Assembly: GCF_006345805.1 (NCBI RefSeq) | Contig: NC_043006.1 | Span: 54,870,001-54,934,000 of the forward strand | Length of the DNA stretch: 64,000 nucleotides | DNA from: Octopus sinensis | Lineage: Eukaryota | Direction of reading: 5' to 3' | Shown: piece after piece, positions 51,215 through 64,000 of the stretch | Position numbering within the stretch: position 1 is the stretch's first letter | How the letters are laid out: each line of letters starts with the position of its first letter | Translations under genes and position numbers: made by a program | Notes under the pieces: model-generated | What the model was told of the DNA's origin: nothing | Database searches by the model: none | What the model saw: the letters and a program-made list of their open reading frames with translations, nothing else

Positions 51215-52105
51215 ACATCTTTTACTTGTTTCATTCATTAGACTATAGCCATGCTGGGGTACCGCCTTGAACTTTTAGTTGAATGAATTAGTCCCAGGAC
51301 ATATTTTTTAAGCCTGGTATGGGAATGCAAACACACCAACACTAGCTGTCAAGTGGTGGTGTGGGGACAAAGACAGAAACAAACACACACGATGGGCTTA
51401 TTTTAGTTTTTGTCTACCAAATCCACTTACCTAAGGTGACATGCAGTGGAACTGAACCTGGAACCATGTGGTTGGGAAGCATGTATCTTACCACACAGCT
51501 CTGCCAGTGCCTCTGAAGTATTGTCATCCCTGGTGGGATATATAATATATATGACACTGAATGTTACATTTCATGTTCTCTTGGAAGCTTTTCTTATGAT
51601 GTCAACAACACATAATTCAAAGGACTGCTTTGGTCCAATAGTAGAACAGCTGTCTGCAGGTAATGTGGGTTCAAATCCCACGAGCAGCCCTCAATTTTTT
51701 TCTATCCAAAGGGTTTTTCAACCAAATATTTACATGCTTATTATTTATAGTTTACTGGGTCCTTCAAGAACCACTGTTCCAAAAATGAAATTTTACAGTC
51801 TCACCTTGAGAAAGTGTTTTCTACTATAGCCTTAGGCTGGCCAAAGCCTTGTAAGATGGAAACTGAAAGAAGCCAGTCATATATGTATATCTACATGTAT
51901 GTGTGTCTTTGTCTCCCATCACCATTTGAAAATTGGTGTTGGTATGTTTATGTCCTTGTAACCTACCAGTTAGGAAAAAGAGACCAGTAGAATAAGGCTT
52001 GAGAAATAAATTCTGGGGTGGGTTGATTTGTTTGACTAAAACCCATCAAGATAGTGCTCCAGCATGGCTAGAGTCAAATAAGTGAAACAAATAGAAAAAT
52101 AAAAG
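51215..52105. mobile_element. Two family B SINEs in head-to-head orientation
   Basis: ~51215-51500 (-) and ~51790-52105 (+). Confidence 0.75.
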
Positions 52106-52739
52106 TATATATACACACATGTAGTTTTGTGCTCATTTTCATCCATAAGCATGGGTTACACACACACACACACACAGAAGATTAGATTAGCATCTAAATT
52201 GTTTTTTGAAATAAAAACCGAGACACATTAGGAAAATGGTGTTTTTTTATAAACCTAGTGTTATAGTTCTTATAAACCATGCAATGAATATCATGACCAG
52301 ATTTAGAGTCATCGCAATTATCTGAATATTAATTTGGAACTAAAAGTAATCCCTTAATGTTGGCAATTATTACTGAGTTGGCACCCTTTCTTCAACTTCT
52401 CAATTTAGTAGGCATATGCCCTCCAGGTTGGGAGAAAAATTGAGCTAAATGTCATATATAATAACTTTTATTACAGTAATTAAAAAGATGCAGGATGTAA
52501 AAACCGGAATTACTAATTTGGAAGTTAACCAGCATATAGCTGAAAAGAAATCATTTTGTATATGTTCCCTAACTTATAAATTCTCGTTTTTTTTTTCTTT
52601 ACTATGGCTACAGTACATCCCTAAATAGCAGTTCGTAGAGAACTCTACCTCTCTAGTTTTATAATTTTTTGAAGAAAAAATTTCAGATAAACCCATTGCC
52701 ATTTAAACTGGCCACATCTGGTCATGAATGTTGTGTAAT

Positions 52740-53135
52740 AACCAAAATGGGGTTCCTGTGAAGGATGTCTAAAGTAGGGGTACTCAGCAGCGTGCATAAC
52801 TGAGAGATCAAGGAGTCACTTCAGGTTGAGCAGCTACTTTTCTGTATTAAATTAAGAAGTCACAGATCTGGTACTACAGATGTGATTAGAATGATGCAAG
52901 AAAGAACCCCCAAGAGGGATACTTCAAGCTGAGCCAGCAGGCAAGAGACCTAGGAGGAGATAAAAAAAATGAGATGGTTGGATAATACCCATAGTCTCAG
53001 TTGGTCACACCTGGGAGTCCAACCAGAAAACCTAATGATCATTGTTGTTTCTGATGACATCTTATGGAGGAGGTCCCTGAAGATTCTACATCCATGATTC
53101 TCTTAAGCAGAGAAGATGGATGGATGGATGGACAG
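52740..53135 (+). mobile_element. Expander/Rex3-type RTE LINE 3' end with (GATG)n tail
   Basis: Translation ...PRGILQAEPAGKRPRRR..MRWLDNTHSLSWSHLGVQPENL...AEKMDGWMD matches Rex3/Expander RLPREVFQARPTGRRPRGRPRTRWRDYIS.LAWERLGIPPEEL...AEEDGWMD. Confidence 0.85.
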
Positions 53136-54959
53136 ATATATGGCCCAAATATTCTTCCTGTTTAATGCATGATCCAACCTTTCACACTAACCCTACAATG
53201 TCATTCTAAAAGTAGATAATCATATTACTGAAATCTTAAAAGTTACAAGATGATGCAAGATTGCTGCTTCAAAGCAATGTGAATAAATATGCATTGCATT
53301 TGACAGAGTAATCTGAATGCTAAAGGGTTAGACAAACACAAAATTTCTCAAACTTAAAACAGCTTTGGTTCCTTGGTACTTTAAAATAATGGGTTTCTGA
53401 GGCAGTACTTTTTACCAGTGGATTTCAATAAAAAAAAAAGAAAAGAAAAGAAAAAAAAACTTACGCAACTTGCATCAGCATGGCTGCATTTGGTTGTTTT
53501 AAAAAATCCACTTTGCAGCTATGTGGTTTCAAGTTCAATGACCCAATTTAAGAAGAACCTGGCCATGATTACTAACTCTAGGCAAGTTTGATAGAGTAAT
53601 TTACATTCCACTCAGAATATTCTATGCCAAAAATGTTGCTCCATTGGAACCACAAGGGGTTGGATTTCACACATAAGAGTTACAGCTGGACTTGGCTGAA
53701 GAATGGAGGTGAATTTCAAAAGGTGTAATTTAGCCTATAGTCAACTGGTGTCTTCAACTGAATTGGTCACAACAACTTAGGTGTTTTGGATCTGGGGCAC
53801 TTTAAGCACTCAAGAGGTTTACAATGTAAACAGAGACACAAAGATACAAACACTATATATATATTGTGACGGGCTTCTTTCAGTTTCCATCTACCAAATT
53901 GACTTACAAGGCTTTGGTTGGCCTGAGGCTTATAGTAGCAGACACTTTCTCAAAATGCCATACACTGGAACCAAACTCGGAACCATGTGGTTGAGAAGCA
54001 AGTCTCTTAGCACACAACCTATATATGTGTGTGTGCGTTTATATTGTATTCTTCTATATAACATAACAGTTGCTCAACAAATAGATATCCATATGACAAG
54101 TACTAAACTGAAGTATGTGGTCGACTAAAAATGCTTCAGGGCAGTGCCCCAGCTTGACTACAGGTCAATGAATGAAACCAGTAAAAGGGTAATACAAAAC
54201 TAAGTTGATTAGTGGCATCACAGTTTCTAAATTAAGACCTTTTCCTATAAAATTAGATCAGAATTACAAAACATGTAGACAGATACTATCAACATGGTGA
54301 TTGTTCTGGATAAGCAATTAATATACATTTTTTCTAAAATAATAAAAAAATGTCTTAACAGCATTTAACAATTCACACTAGCTTAGTTTTAATTTGAGAA
54401 AAATATCTGATTATGTTTCAGTTATCAACACTAATCTTCTCAGTCAGTCACAAGAGACTTATTTTCAACATCAGTTCTTTCTTGGTTGTTTACTGTTTCT
54501 ACTAATTTCCACAACACACACACACACTTTCTGAATCCAGTGACTTCATTTGTCGCAACAAATTAAAAGAATGATAATGGAATAACTGTGATTTTAATTT
54601 TAATATAAATGACAGGCATTCCAATACCAATCTGAGACAGCAAAGAAAAAGAATAATCCCTCCACCCAAGAAAACAAAAACAAACAAACACTAATACCAC
54701 ATTCAGGATTTCAATCATATAATAATCTACTTCTTGCCAAGCAATCTCATTACCAATTCCACTAGAGTGTGCAAATAAAGGATATTAGAAAGATAAAAGA
54801 CTTTTTGTTTAACAAAAGCATGAATGATAACATTTTTTAGCTATAAGAGATGTGGTTTCTGAAAGATTCATGCTGTTCTCAAAATCAAATATTAATTAAA
54901 GGAAATCAATAAAATATTATGGACAATAACTTGCCCCTGTAGTATCTCACTAAGTTAGC

Positions 54960-56710
54960 AATGTAATTATGATTTCAAATTTAGGTACAAGACCAGCAAT
55001 TTACAGGGAGGGGGTAAGTTGATTACATTGACCCTAGTACACAACTGGTACCTATTGACTTTGAAAGAATGAAAGGAAAAGTTGATCTTAGTGGAATTTG
55101 AACTCAGAACAAAGACAGATGACATGCCACTAAGCATTTTGCCTGGTGTGCTAACAATTCTGCCAGCTTGCAGCCTTCTTTTCTGCTATTGACACAAGAC
55201 CTGGAATTTGGGGAAAGGGGGGCTAGTTGATTACATCGACCCAAGTGTTCAACTGATACTTATTTTATCAACCCCAAAAGGATGGAAAGCAAAGTGAACT
55301 TTGAGTGTAAAGATGGATGAAATGTTGCTAACCATTTTCCAGCTTGTCACTTTAGTTAGTAGTATAATAACGATGACAATGTATGAGATGCAATACAAGC
55401 TCACTTAGCATTTAGTCCATCTCAGACTTTTTGTAATTGTACTTTTCAATTCTCAAGGCCATTCTGTTGAGTCTTACACAAAACAGACCTGTAGATAACA
55501 GTAAAATAGTTATCAATCATCACCTGTTTCTAAGTAAGGTAATATTTCCCCATAACCAGATAGGTTTTCAAAGAATATTGGAAACAAAGGACACAGCTTG
55601 CATGACAGTGATACTTGTTTTTATAACAATCATGTGCTGTCACGGCTAGAAGACAGTAATGTACACACACACACACACAGATGGGCTCCCTTCAGTTTTA
55701 GTCTATCAAATCTGTTTACAGAGTTAGTTAGTCTAGGGTTATAGCAGAAGATACTTGTTGAAGATGCTATGCAATGCAACTGAATCCAGAACCATGTGGT
55801 TGGGAAGGAAACTTCTTATTTTTTTATTGCCCACAAGGGGCTAAACATTGAGGGGACAAACAAGGACAGACAAACAGATTAAGTCGATTACATTGACCCC
55901 AGTGTGTAACTGGTACTTAATTTATCGAACCCTGAAAGGATGAAAGGCAAAGTCGACTGCGGTGGAATTTGAACTCAGAACGTAACGGCAGACAAAATAC
56001 TGCTAAGCATTTCACTCTGCGTGCTAATGTTTCTGCCAGCGGCAAGCTGGTAGAAGGAAACTTCTTACAACACAGGAAGGAAATTTCTTACCACACAGCT
56101 TATAGTATGCTGGAAATCATTTTATTAGGACATTTAATTAAAGGAATTACTAGAACATTGGTAAAAATTACTTTGCAAAATTCAGTTACATTCCTTTAGA
56201 ATGAAATTCAAACAGTGCTGTGGTCAACTTTTGTTTTTTTTTGGTCAAGTAATGATTATAATTGAATATATATGCTCCCACAAAATGTCTTGTGGCAATG
56301 CTAGAAATCCATATTCTGTCACAGTGCCAACATTTGAAATTTCTTTGGCATGTTTGTACCACATTTTCTAACAATATCATTGAATTCACTCCCTCTACAT
56401 ATTTAGATTTAAATGCATTTTCACCAACTATTTACAAATAAATATGCCAGAGTACACAATTATTTACATATCAATATAAGTACTTGGTAGGGTACCGAGC
56501 TGGTAGAACCGTTAGCACAGCAGGTAAAATGTTGCTAAGCATTTCATCTGTCCTTTACATTCTGAGTTCAAATTCCACTGAGGTTGACTTTACCTTTCAT
56601 CCCTTTGAGGCTGATTAAATACATGCATGTTGAACACTAGGGCCAATGTAATCAACTTATCCCCTTCCCAAAATAGCTGGCCCTTGTGCCAAAATTTGAA
56701 ACTAATATTA
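54960..56710. mobile_element. Cluster of family A SINEs (three minus, one plus) with one family B fragment
   Basis: ~54960-55180 (-), ~55185-55345 (-), ~55821-56045 (-), ~56495-56710 (+). Confidence 0.85.
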
Positions 56711-59189
56711 GTACCTGGTTAAATATAGAATCTGTTATTAGTTTTTGTCTAAGTGGTATTATCATAATTGTCTTAATACTCTTCTTCTCTCAGAGTTTCT
56801 CATATCTTTCCAACCTCTTCATACACACAACATGAGACACATAACTAAAGGGGAAGATGGAGGGAGAAAGACAGAAGGGAAAAAAATATGATGAACCATT
56901 CCTTTACAGAATGATTCACAAATTAATATAATAATTAAAAGACATAATTGCCAAGAATAACAAAGGCTCTTGATTGTTTTGATATGAAAAACTAAGGCAA
57001 TATAATCACAGGAAAACAAAACACACTCTTTCTCTCACACATACATATATACACACAAATATATACTTAAACACACACATACACACATTAACAAACATAT
57101 TTATTACCTATCTTTTAGTAGCAACCTTATTATTATTATTATTATTATGACAATTCATTCATATGTAAGACCTTATAATCTTAGCTGAAAGCAAATGGAA
57201 AAAAAATTCAATGGAATTTGGAAAAAACAAATAAAAACAAACAAGCAACAAATTCCAATAATCTCTCATCTGTGTTCTATTTTAAATATCAAACCTAAAT
57301 CTGATAAACATAGAACTCATTTGCAATAAAAGTTGAATTGCAATAAAAGTTGAATCCAAAGTGTTTATACTTCTAGAAAAGGAAGATACAATTTTCAATT
57401 TTCCACACATCTATGTTATTTTTTTTTTCTAAATTGGTACTGGTTGGAAAGATTTATCCAAAGATATTTGCTAAGATCAAATCTGTTTTTGGTGGTGGTG
57501 GAGAGATACCTCCTCTCCCCACAAAATGTTATCTTCTTCCTGCTATTACTACTAACACTATCACCAAAAATTTGATTACAAAATAACTTTAAATATTTTT
57601 TTTCTCAGCTAAGGCACATTTTTGGTCTGATGCTAAGCTTTAGTTTCTTACCATGAAGTGGATAAAAGACAAATCTCTCAGTAGACAGAATGCTGGTTTA
57701 TCTTAGACACCATTCCCTAATTATCTGGATCATCAGTAGCTATGTTAACTCAACTGACTAAATACACCTGCAATGAATTTAAACTCAAGCCTTCAGATAA
57801 ACAACATGTGTACAAAGGACCTTATTCAATTACCTATACTTTTTCCTTACAAATTTCAGGCCTTGTACTAATGCATTTAATAATAATTTTTGTTTCTGGG
57901 TAATAACAGAGAGGGGGAAGGGCTAAACCAAGTACAACGCTGCTCTAAAAGCCTTACCTTATATATTCTTTAAGCTTTCTATGCACCTACACTAGCCAAG
58001 GTCGTTTATTCCTTTATGACTGTTAAAAATCACCAATAATATCCTAGAATTGATAATCCCTTACCTTAAACCTTTAGCATTCAGAATACTCTGTCAGATC
58101 TAATGTTCATCTATTCACATTGTTTTGAATTTATCAAGTATTATTTCATACCTTGATAAATAATCAATGAAGTGATTCTTTGTCTTTTTCAATGATATTG
58201 TAAGGTAGATATGAGAGGCTAGATCAAGTCAGATTGAATATAAAACGGGCAAAAAATTTGGGCTGGATAAGGCCGGTTTAAACGCTAAAGGATTAACAAT
58301 AATAATAATGATAAAAACTAAAATGGTACTATATCCAAAAAACCATTATTTTTGTTAAAAAATCTGTACATTCTGAATTCAAAGTTTGTAGGGATCAACT
58401 CTGCCTTTCATTCTTGCATGGAGGAATCAATAAGATAGTGTCAATAATAACAGAATACTTGGAGATGATTTAATTAACTGCACTCACCCTAATCAATGGT
58501 CTAGTGTCACTGTTAGAATGATAAGTATGGTGTCATAGATATTTAGGACTAAGTATGATTCATTCATGTTATTGTTTTAATCGTTATTGTTCGAGCGGAT
58601 GAGAAGGGAAGAAATAGAGAGAATGAGACAAAGCACCAGCAACAGCAGCAGAGATGAGATGAAAGAGAGATGCAAGAGAATATGCAAATTATGGCTGGTT
58701 ATTGATTAGGTGAAAGGTTAATACAAAACAAAGAGGAAAGGAGTTAAAATGAAGGGAAAAAATTATTGGAATAGCCAATGTTTTGACAGTTTCTATTGAC
58801 AAAGAGACTGAAAACATGCAAGGTTATAAGTCAGAGTGAGGAAAATGACATGTTGAAAATTAAAATTTGTTTTTAAATAATATAAATGGTAGTGGTAATA
58901 TATAATTGGTACAAGGCCATAGAGGAATAGAGGGGTGGTAGATGATTTAATTGCCTCTCAATATATTACTGAGGCATTGAACTCTACTCATCACAAACAA
59001 TGAAATGCAAATTTAACCCAGTAAGATTTGAACTCAAGAACTTAAAGACATGTAACTAAACACATCAAGGCAGCATTTAGCACAGTATCAACACAAGTGA
59101 ACTTCTTTTGTTGGAGCCCCAGAATGATATGACAGATAAAATCTTGTGTAAAGAAATGGAACTAAATAACAAAAAGCAGTTAATAATAG

Positions 59190-59600
59190 AGGCCAGCAAT
59201 TTTAGGGGAAAGAGATTGTTGACTATATTGATCCCAGCACTCAACTGGTACTTATTTTATCAACCCCAAAAGGATGGAAGGTAAAGTCAGCCCCACTGGA
59301 ATTTGAACTCAGAATGTAAAGAACCAGAAGAAATGCTGCTAGGCATATTGTCCAACACGCTAATGATTCTGTCATTTGCCACCTTGATGACAGTAATTCT
59401 TTGAAATTTAGTCACAAAACCAGGAATTTCAGTGGGAGGGAAGGGGGGGGGGCATTCTATTGCATGAAACCTAGTAATTAACTGACACGTTATTTTATTA
59501 ACTCTGAAAGGATGACAGGCCAAGTTGAGTTTGGTGGAATTTGAGCTTAGAATGTGAAGAGTCAGAAGAACTACCATAAGGCATTTTGCTTTGTGCTTTA
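59190..59600 (-). mobile_element. Two tandem family A SINEs
   Basis: ~59190-59385 and ~59400-59600. Confidence 0.8.
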
Positions 59601-60437
59601 ATGATATTGATGGGATGAATGAATGAACGAATGGAGAAAAAAGATAAGATGAAAATATGGCAAAAGTGGAAGATTCAGTTGTTAAGTTAGAAAAAAAGTA
59701 ATTAGCAGATGTGATGGAGTCATAATACAGCGAATGAAAAGATAGATGGAGAGAAAGACGGGATGGAGGCAAGAGAAAAGATTGAGCAATATTGTAATAC
59801 CATTTTCAGAGCTCAGTGGATATAAAATTCCAGTATCTGTGAAAAAGGAGAAGTAAAGGATTAAGATTATAGGGGGGGAAATGGAGACAAGGAAGGAGGG
59901 GGTGGCAGTTAAAAAATTTTTTTTTTTCTTTTTTAAAGCAAGTATGTAAACGACACCCCGTATATATATATATATGCTCAGATAGACATACACACACTCA
60001 AATACACACCTAGAAAAAGGATTTATGAAACAGAATGTACTTTACAGCTAGATGTAATTATATCCTGTTTATGATATAGGGAGATATTCTTGATAACTCC
60101 AAACACACATATAATATCCAAATCGCTTATTTATACTGATTTGTTTCTCAGGTTTCAAGTTTTGTACCCCTGTAATTTTTAGGCGACTGTTTTTTTTACC
60201 CCTGTTGGATTTCAAACTTGCTTTCTGTACTTCAGAATATGTTCATTTTTCTTAGTGTAGCTATAACTTTTATTGAACCTATTCTAAATGTTATTTTGTG
60301 AAAGCCACATATAGCTGAATGAACCCACTCAGTGTTAATAAAATCTGAGTCACAAGAAAAAAAATTCAATTTAAACAATGTACTCTACACTGAATACCAA
60401 GTACACTTTTCTTTTGTTTACAAACTTCAACATTTAA

Positions 60438-60452
60438 GTGTGTGTGTGTGTA

Positions 60453-60505
<53 letters not shown>

Positions 60506-60640
60506 TTTCTTTCTATATGTATATATATATATAAATAATTTCTTTCCTATTTCCTTTCTATATGTATATATATATATATATATAAATAATTTCTTTCCTA
60601 TTTCCTTTCTATATGTATATATATATATATATGTGTGTGT
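60438..60640. repeat. Compound TG/TA microsatellite with a duplicated ~46-bp pyrimidine-rich unit
   Basis: AAATAATTTCTTTCCTATTTCCTTTCTATATG(TA)n occurs twice, plus one shorter copy. Confidence 0.92.
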
Positions 60641-63600
60641 GAGTGTATTATTAGGATTAAGGTGGATTAAAGTAACCAATCAAATTGGTCAAAGATCTTA
60701 CTTGCTGTGATATAGCATTCTACAATCTTAGTAACATGAACATAATTGTTTTTAATGCCTCCACACCCTTCATACTAACTCCTTCCCAGAGACATGAGCA
60801 GACTAGAGTAAATGCAAAACTATGGGAGAACTGGAGAAGCTTCTGATAATATAGTTTATGAAGTTTTAGAAAAAAGACTAATAACTGTGAAAAGGATCCA
60901 TGATCATATTCCTTGTTGTCTCTAAATGTTCATCTGTATTATTATTTTACTTAATATTTCTGTTTATGTACAAGCCACATCTTTCTATATTGATGCACCT
61001 GTGGTTGAGGTGTTTGGCTCATGGCATCATGAGTTCAATTCCTTGACTTTGCGGCATGTTGGATCCTTGAGCAAGGTACTTTATTTCATGATACTTCAGT
61101 CTACTCAATTGAAAATGAGCACCAGCCAGGTTGCTAGTGGAGCCTTCTCTCCCACCAGCTGTCACATTCTCAATGCTCCTTTGTGATAAGAATATTAAAA
61201 AGTGAAGAATGTGTTTGTGTGTCTGCTTGCGAATGCATAGGTTCATTTTAGAATCCACTTTTCCATGCAAGCATGGGTTGGTATTTGTTGAGGCAGATTT
61301 GCTATGGCTAGATGTTCTTCCTGTCACCAACCTTCACCTGCTTCCAAGTTGGGTAATATTTTCCCTATGGCCAAACATGTTTCACAGGTGATTGGGAATT
61401 AAGGAAATTGCTTGTGTAACAGTGACAGTTGTTTAACAACTATCACAATATCAAGGCAGGGGACAGTAACACACACATTAACAAGAGGCTTTTAGTTTCA
61501 GTTTACCAAATCCACTCACAAGGCTGTGATCAGCCTGGGCTATAGTGGAAGACACTTGCCCAAGATGACATGCAATGGGACTAAGCCTGAAACCATACAT
61601 GGCATCACCTAAAACAATTAGTAAAAAGCATAGTACATGTTGCCAAGAAATACTCTCTTGTGAATGACAACTATGGTTTTTTGAAGTACAATAATACTCA
61701 TTACTCAGTTTTAATATTCTGACAAGTAATTTGTGACCTTATGCCACTGTAATCAACATTAATTCATTCTTGCGTAAGTTCCTTTAATTCTCTACATATA
61801 TAAACACAGACAGACTGGCTTCTTTCAGTTTTTGATTACCAAGTCCATTTACAAGGCTTTACTTGGCCTGGGGCTATAGCAGAAGATGTTTGTCTAAGGT
61901 GCCACAATGTAGGACTAAATTTGGAACCATGTGGTTGGGAAGTAAACTTCTTACCCTTACCACACAGCCATGTTGGAGTCTATAAGTGCTCTTGGTGTAA
62001 TTCTCAGGCAGAATTATCATGGTAGGATGTAATGAGGTAGTAGCTCTGAATTTCAGGTGTAATCCATCCAAGAGGCTCCTATGCTACTTTCACTCACAAG
62101 ATATGCGTTGAACTAAGGTCATAGAAATTTATATTTGCCCATGATGCCATAGAGTGAGATTGAACCTAGGATTGCACATTTTCAAAGTGAGCTTTTTAAC
62201 CATTTAGTCTTACTGCACACACACACACATGTTTATGTGTGTGTGTTTGCCATAATGCACTTCTACATGTGTGTGTGTGTGAATTAGGAAAGTTGCAGCC
62301 ATAATCCTCACGAATTTCACAGAGCTAAGCTACATCTATAGTTTCTCTGTTATCACTGATTCGTAAGGTCAAAGATAACAGACGTATCCATTACTTAAAG
62401 AAAACGCCAACTATATAGAGTATTGGTGATGCACTGCTTCACTCAACACCTTCACAGAGATAGGTTACTACTATCAGTTGGCTAGAAATGCAACTAATGT
62501 TGTTTTGTGCAACCACTTGTTACAATACAACACAATAACAAGTTACTAATAGCTATTCAATTACTTACACTTTAGATAAGATTAATTACTGCTAGCTGTT
62601 GTTTCCAGACCCTACTTCTCTCTTTCTCTCACACATGCATAAAGCAAAGCAATATTGTACCAAGCAGAGAGACAGAATCAGCATCAGACCACTGGTAGGA
62701 ATCAAAAGTAAAATACAATTAATGAGAGAGAGAGAGGGGGAGGGAGGGAGGACAAACAGTACTTCAGATCATAGCCAACAGGTAACTAAGCTCTGGGAAA
62801 ATAAACAATCAATACCAAAACCACCACCACACACAGTAATAAAATAAAATCTATGTCTGTTCTGACTGTCACAATGTCCTAGATCTGGAATGATATGAGT
62901 AAATTATGAAGTGTAGCTATTTAAACATAAAATATTCTATATCATTTTTAATATAGAATTTATGGCAGTCACAGTAGATTCTTGGCTTCCACTGAGTATG
63001 ATCTTTTTACTCAGTTACAGCATGATGTCATCTTTCAGTAAGGTACGATCACACCTTGAAAGGGTAAGCTTCATTTCTGTCAGAGGCACCTGATGCACCA
63101 GCAACACCCTCCTTAGTTCATTACTACTGTGTCTCACCTTGCTAAATAGAAATCAATTCTGTCCATTTTTTCTTTTTCTTTTTTATGTGCCTGGCAATAT
63201 GGTTAAGAAATTTACTTCCCAACAAAGTGGCGTTGGGTTCAGCCTTACTGTGTGAAAACCTTGGGCAAGCGTCTTAGCACCAGGCCAGCTATGCCTTGTA
63301 GGTGGCTTTGGAAGACAGAAATTGAAAGAATGTCACACACACGTGTGCATAAGCTCTATGAAAGTTACAACATACAGGTAGAGTTGTTGTTGTCAGTTCC
63401 CTAGACAACAAATCGTCCATTCACTTTGGGCCTTTGAATAAGAGCTCCCTTATTTGAAAAACAGGTAAGGGTTAGAAACTGGAAGGGTATCCAGCTTTAA
63501 AACAATGCTTCACTTGACATAGTCAACTAACCTAAGTAAGCATGGAAAAATGAATGAATCAAACCACACAACTAAAAGTTGAACTTCAACTGCACTCATC

Positions 63601-63907
63601 TGACAAGACTACAAATGTTATAACTGCCACTCCTCTTCTGATTTCCTAACCCAACCCTAAATCTATAGAAACACAACTGAGATATATTTCAGTGGTACAA
63701 AACAAACCTTAGTTACTATTATACTACTGAGTCTTGATATCAAATCATACTTTACGACATAGCTGATAACTTCTCAATTTCTCTGACAAAGTTTCTGCGT
63801 AAAAAAAGAAAACAAATGAAGAGATGCTTTCTAATGATAGGCCAAACTGACACAATCAAAGCTCAGGTTACTCTTTTTAAAAATTGGTATATATATATAT
63901 AACATTT

Positions 63908-64000
63908 CGAGTGTAGGCTCGAAACGTTAAAGACTTTTTCACTTCCAGAGCATTATACTAACACATCTGTTTGTTGTCTACACCACCTGTCTTCGTCTTT
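63908..64000 (+). mobile_element. Penelope-like terminal repeat fragment (copy 2, 5'-truncated, runs off window)
   Basis: GAGTGTAGGCTCGAAACGTTAAAGACTTTTTCACTTCC...CACCACCTGTCTTCGTCTTT matches 2905-2996. Confidence 0.75.

Noticed and set aside
57958-58019. 62-nt exon-like segment with good AG and GTAAGG signals
   Set aside because: Stops in all three phases and no supporting context.
59287-59772. Longest ORF in the track (161 aa)
   Set aside because: It runs through two SINE copies and a purine-rich tract; no protein-like motif.

Overview
AT-rich, microsatellite- and SINE-dense eukaryotic DNA. Its repeat content (tRNA-headed SINEs with internal TA/CA microsatellites, RTE and CR1 relics, Penelope termini) resembles an octopus/coleoid cephalopod genome; the species is inferred, not proven. 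The only protein-coding gene I can support is an NRBP1/Madm-family pseudokinase on the minus strand. Seven constitutive exons (13517-13600, 11056-11114, 8735-8830, 7145-7277, 6507-6612, 2125-2175, 1431-1737) have canonical AG/GT ends, join in consistent phase and give 836 nt of open frame. I did not find the N-terminal exons or the terminal exon, so 13601-64000 appears to be part of one intron longer than 50 kb. The best lead lies inside that intron: a 21-nt in-frame microexon candidate (24326-24346). It would insert (G)SFFERMF into the activation segment at the position where, from memory, vertebrate NRBP1 has an alternative microexon encoding VFHRIFAN. Other leads: a 31-nt frameshifting poison-exon candidate, an in-frame alternative 3' splice site, a minimal hammerhead-ribozyme-like motif in a Penelope terminus, several long foldback structures (mariner palindrome, Merlin-like MITE, head-to-head SINE pairs) that could be ADAR substrates, and a pogo-like deletion element keeping an intact Brinker-type DNA-binding ORF. 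Almost all other ORFs in the supplied track are repeat or microsatellite artefacts. Repeat boundaries were read by eye and are approximate.
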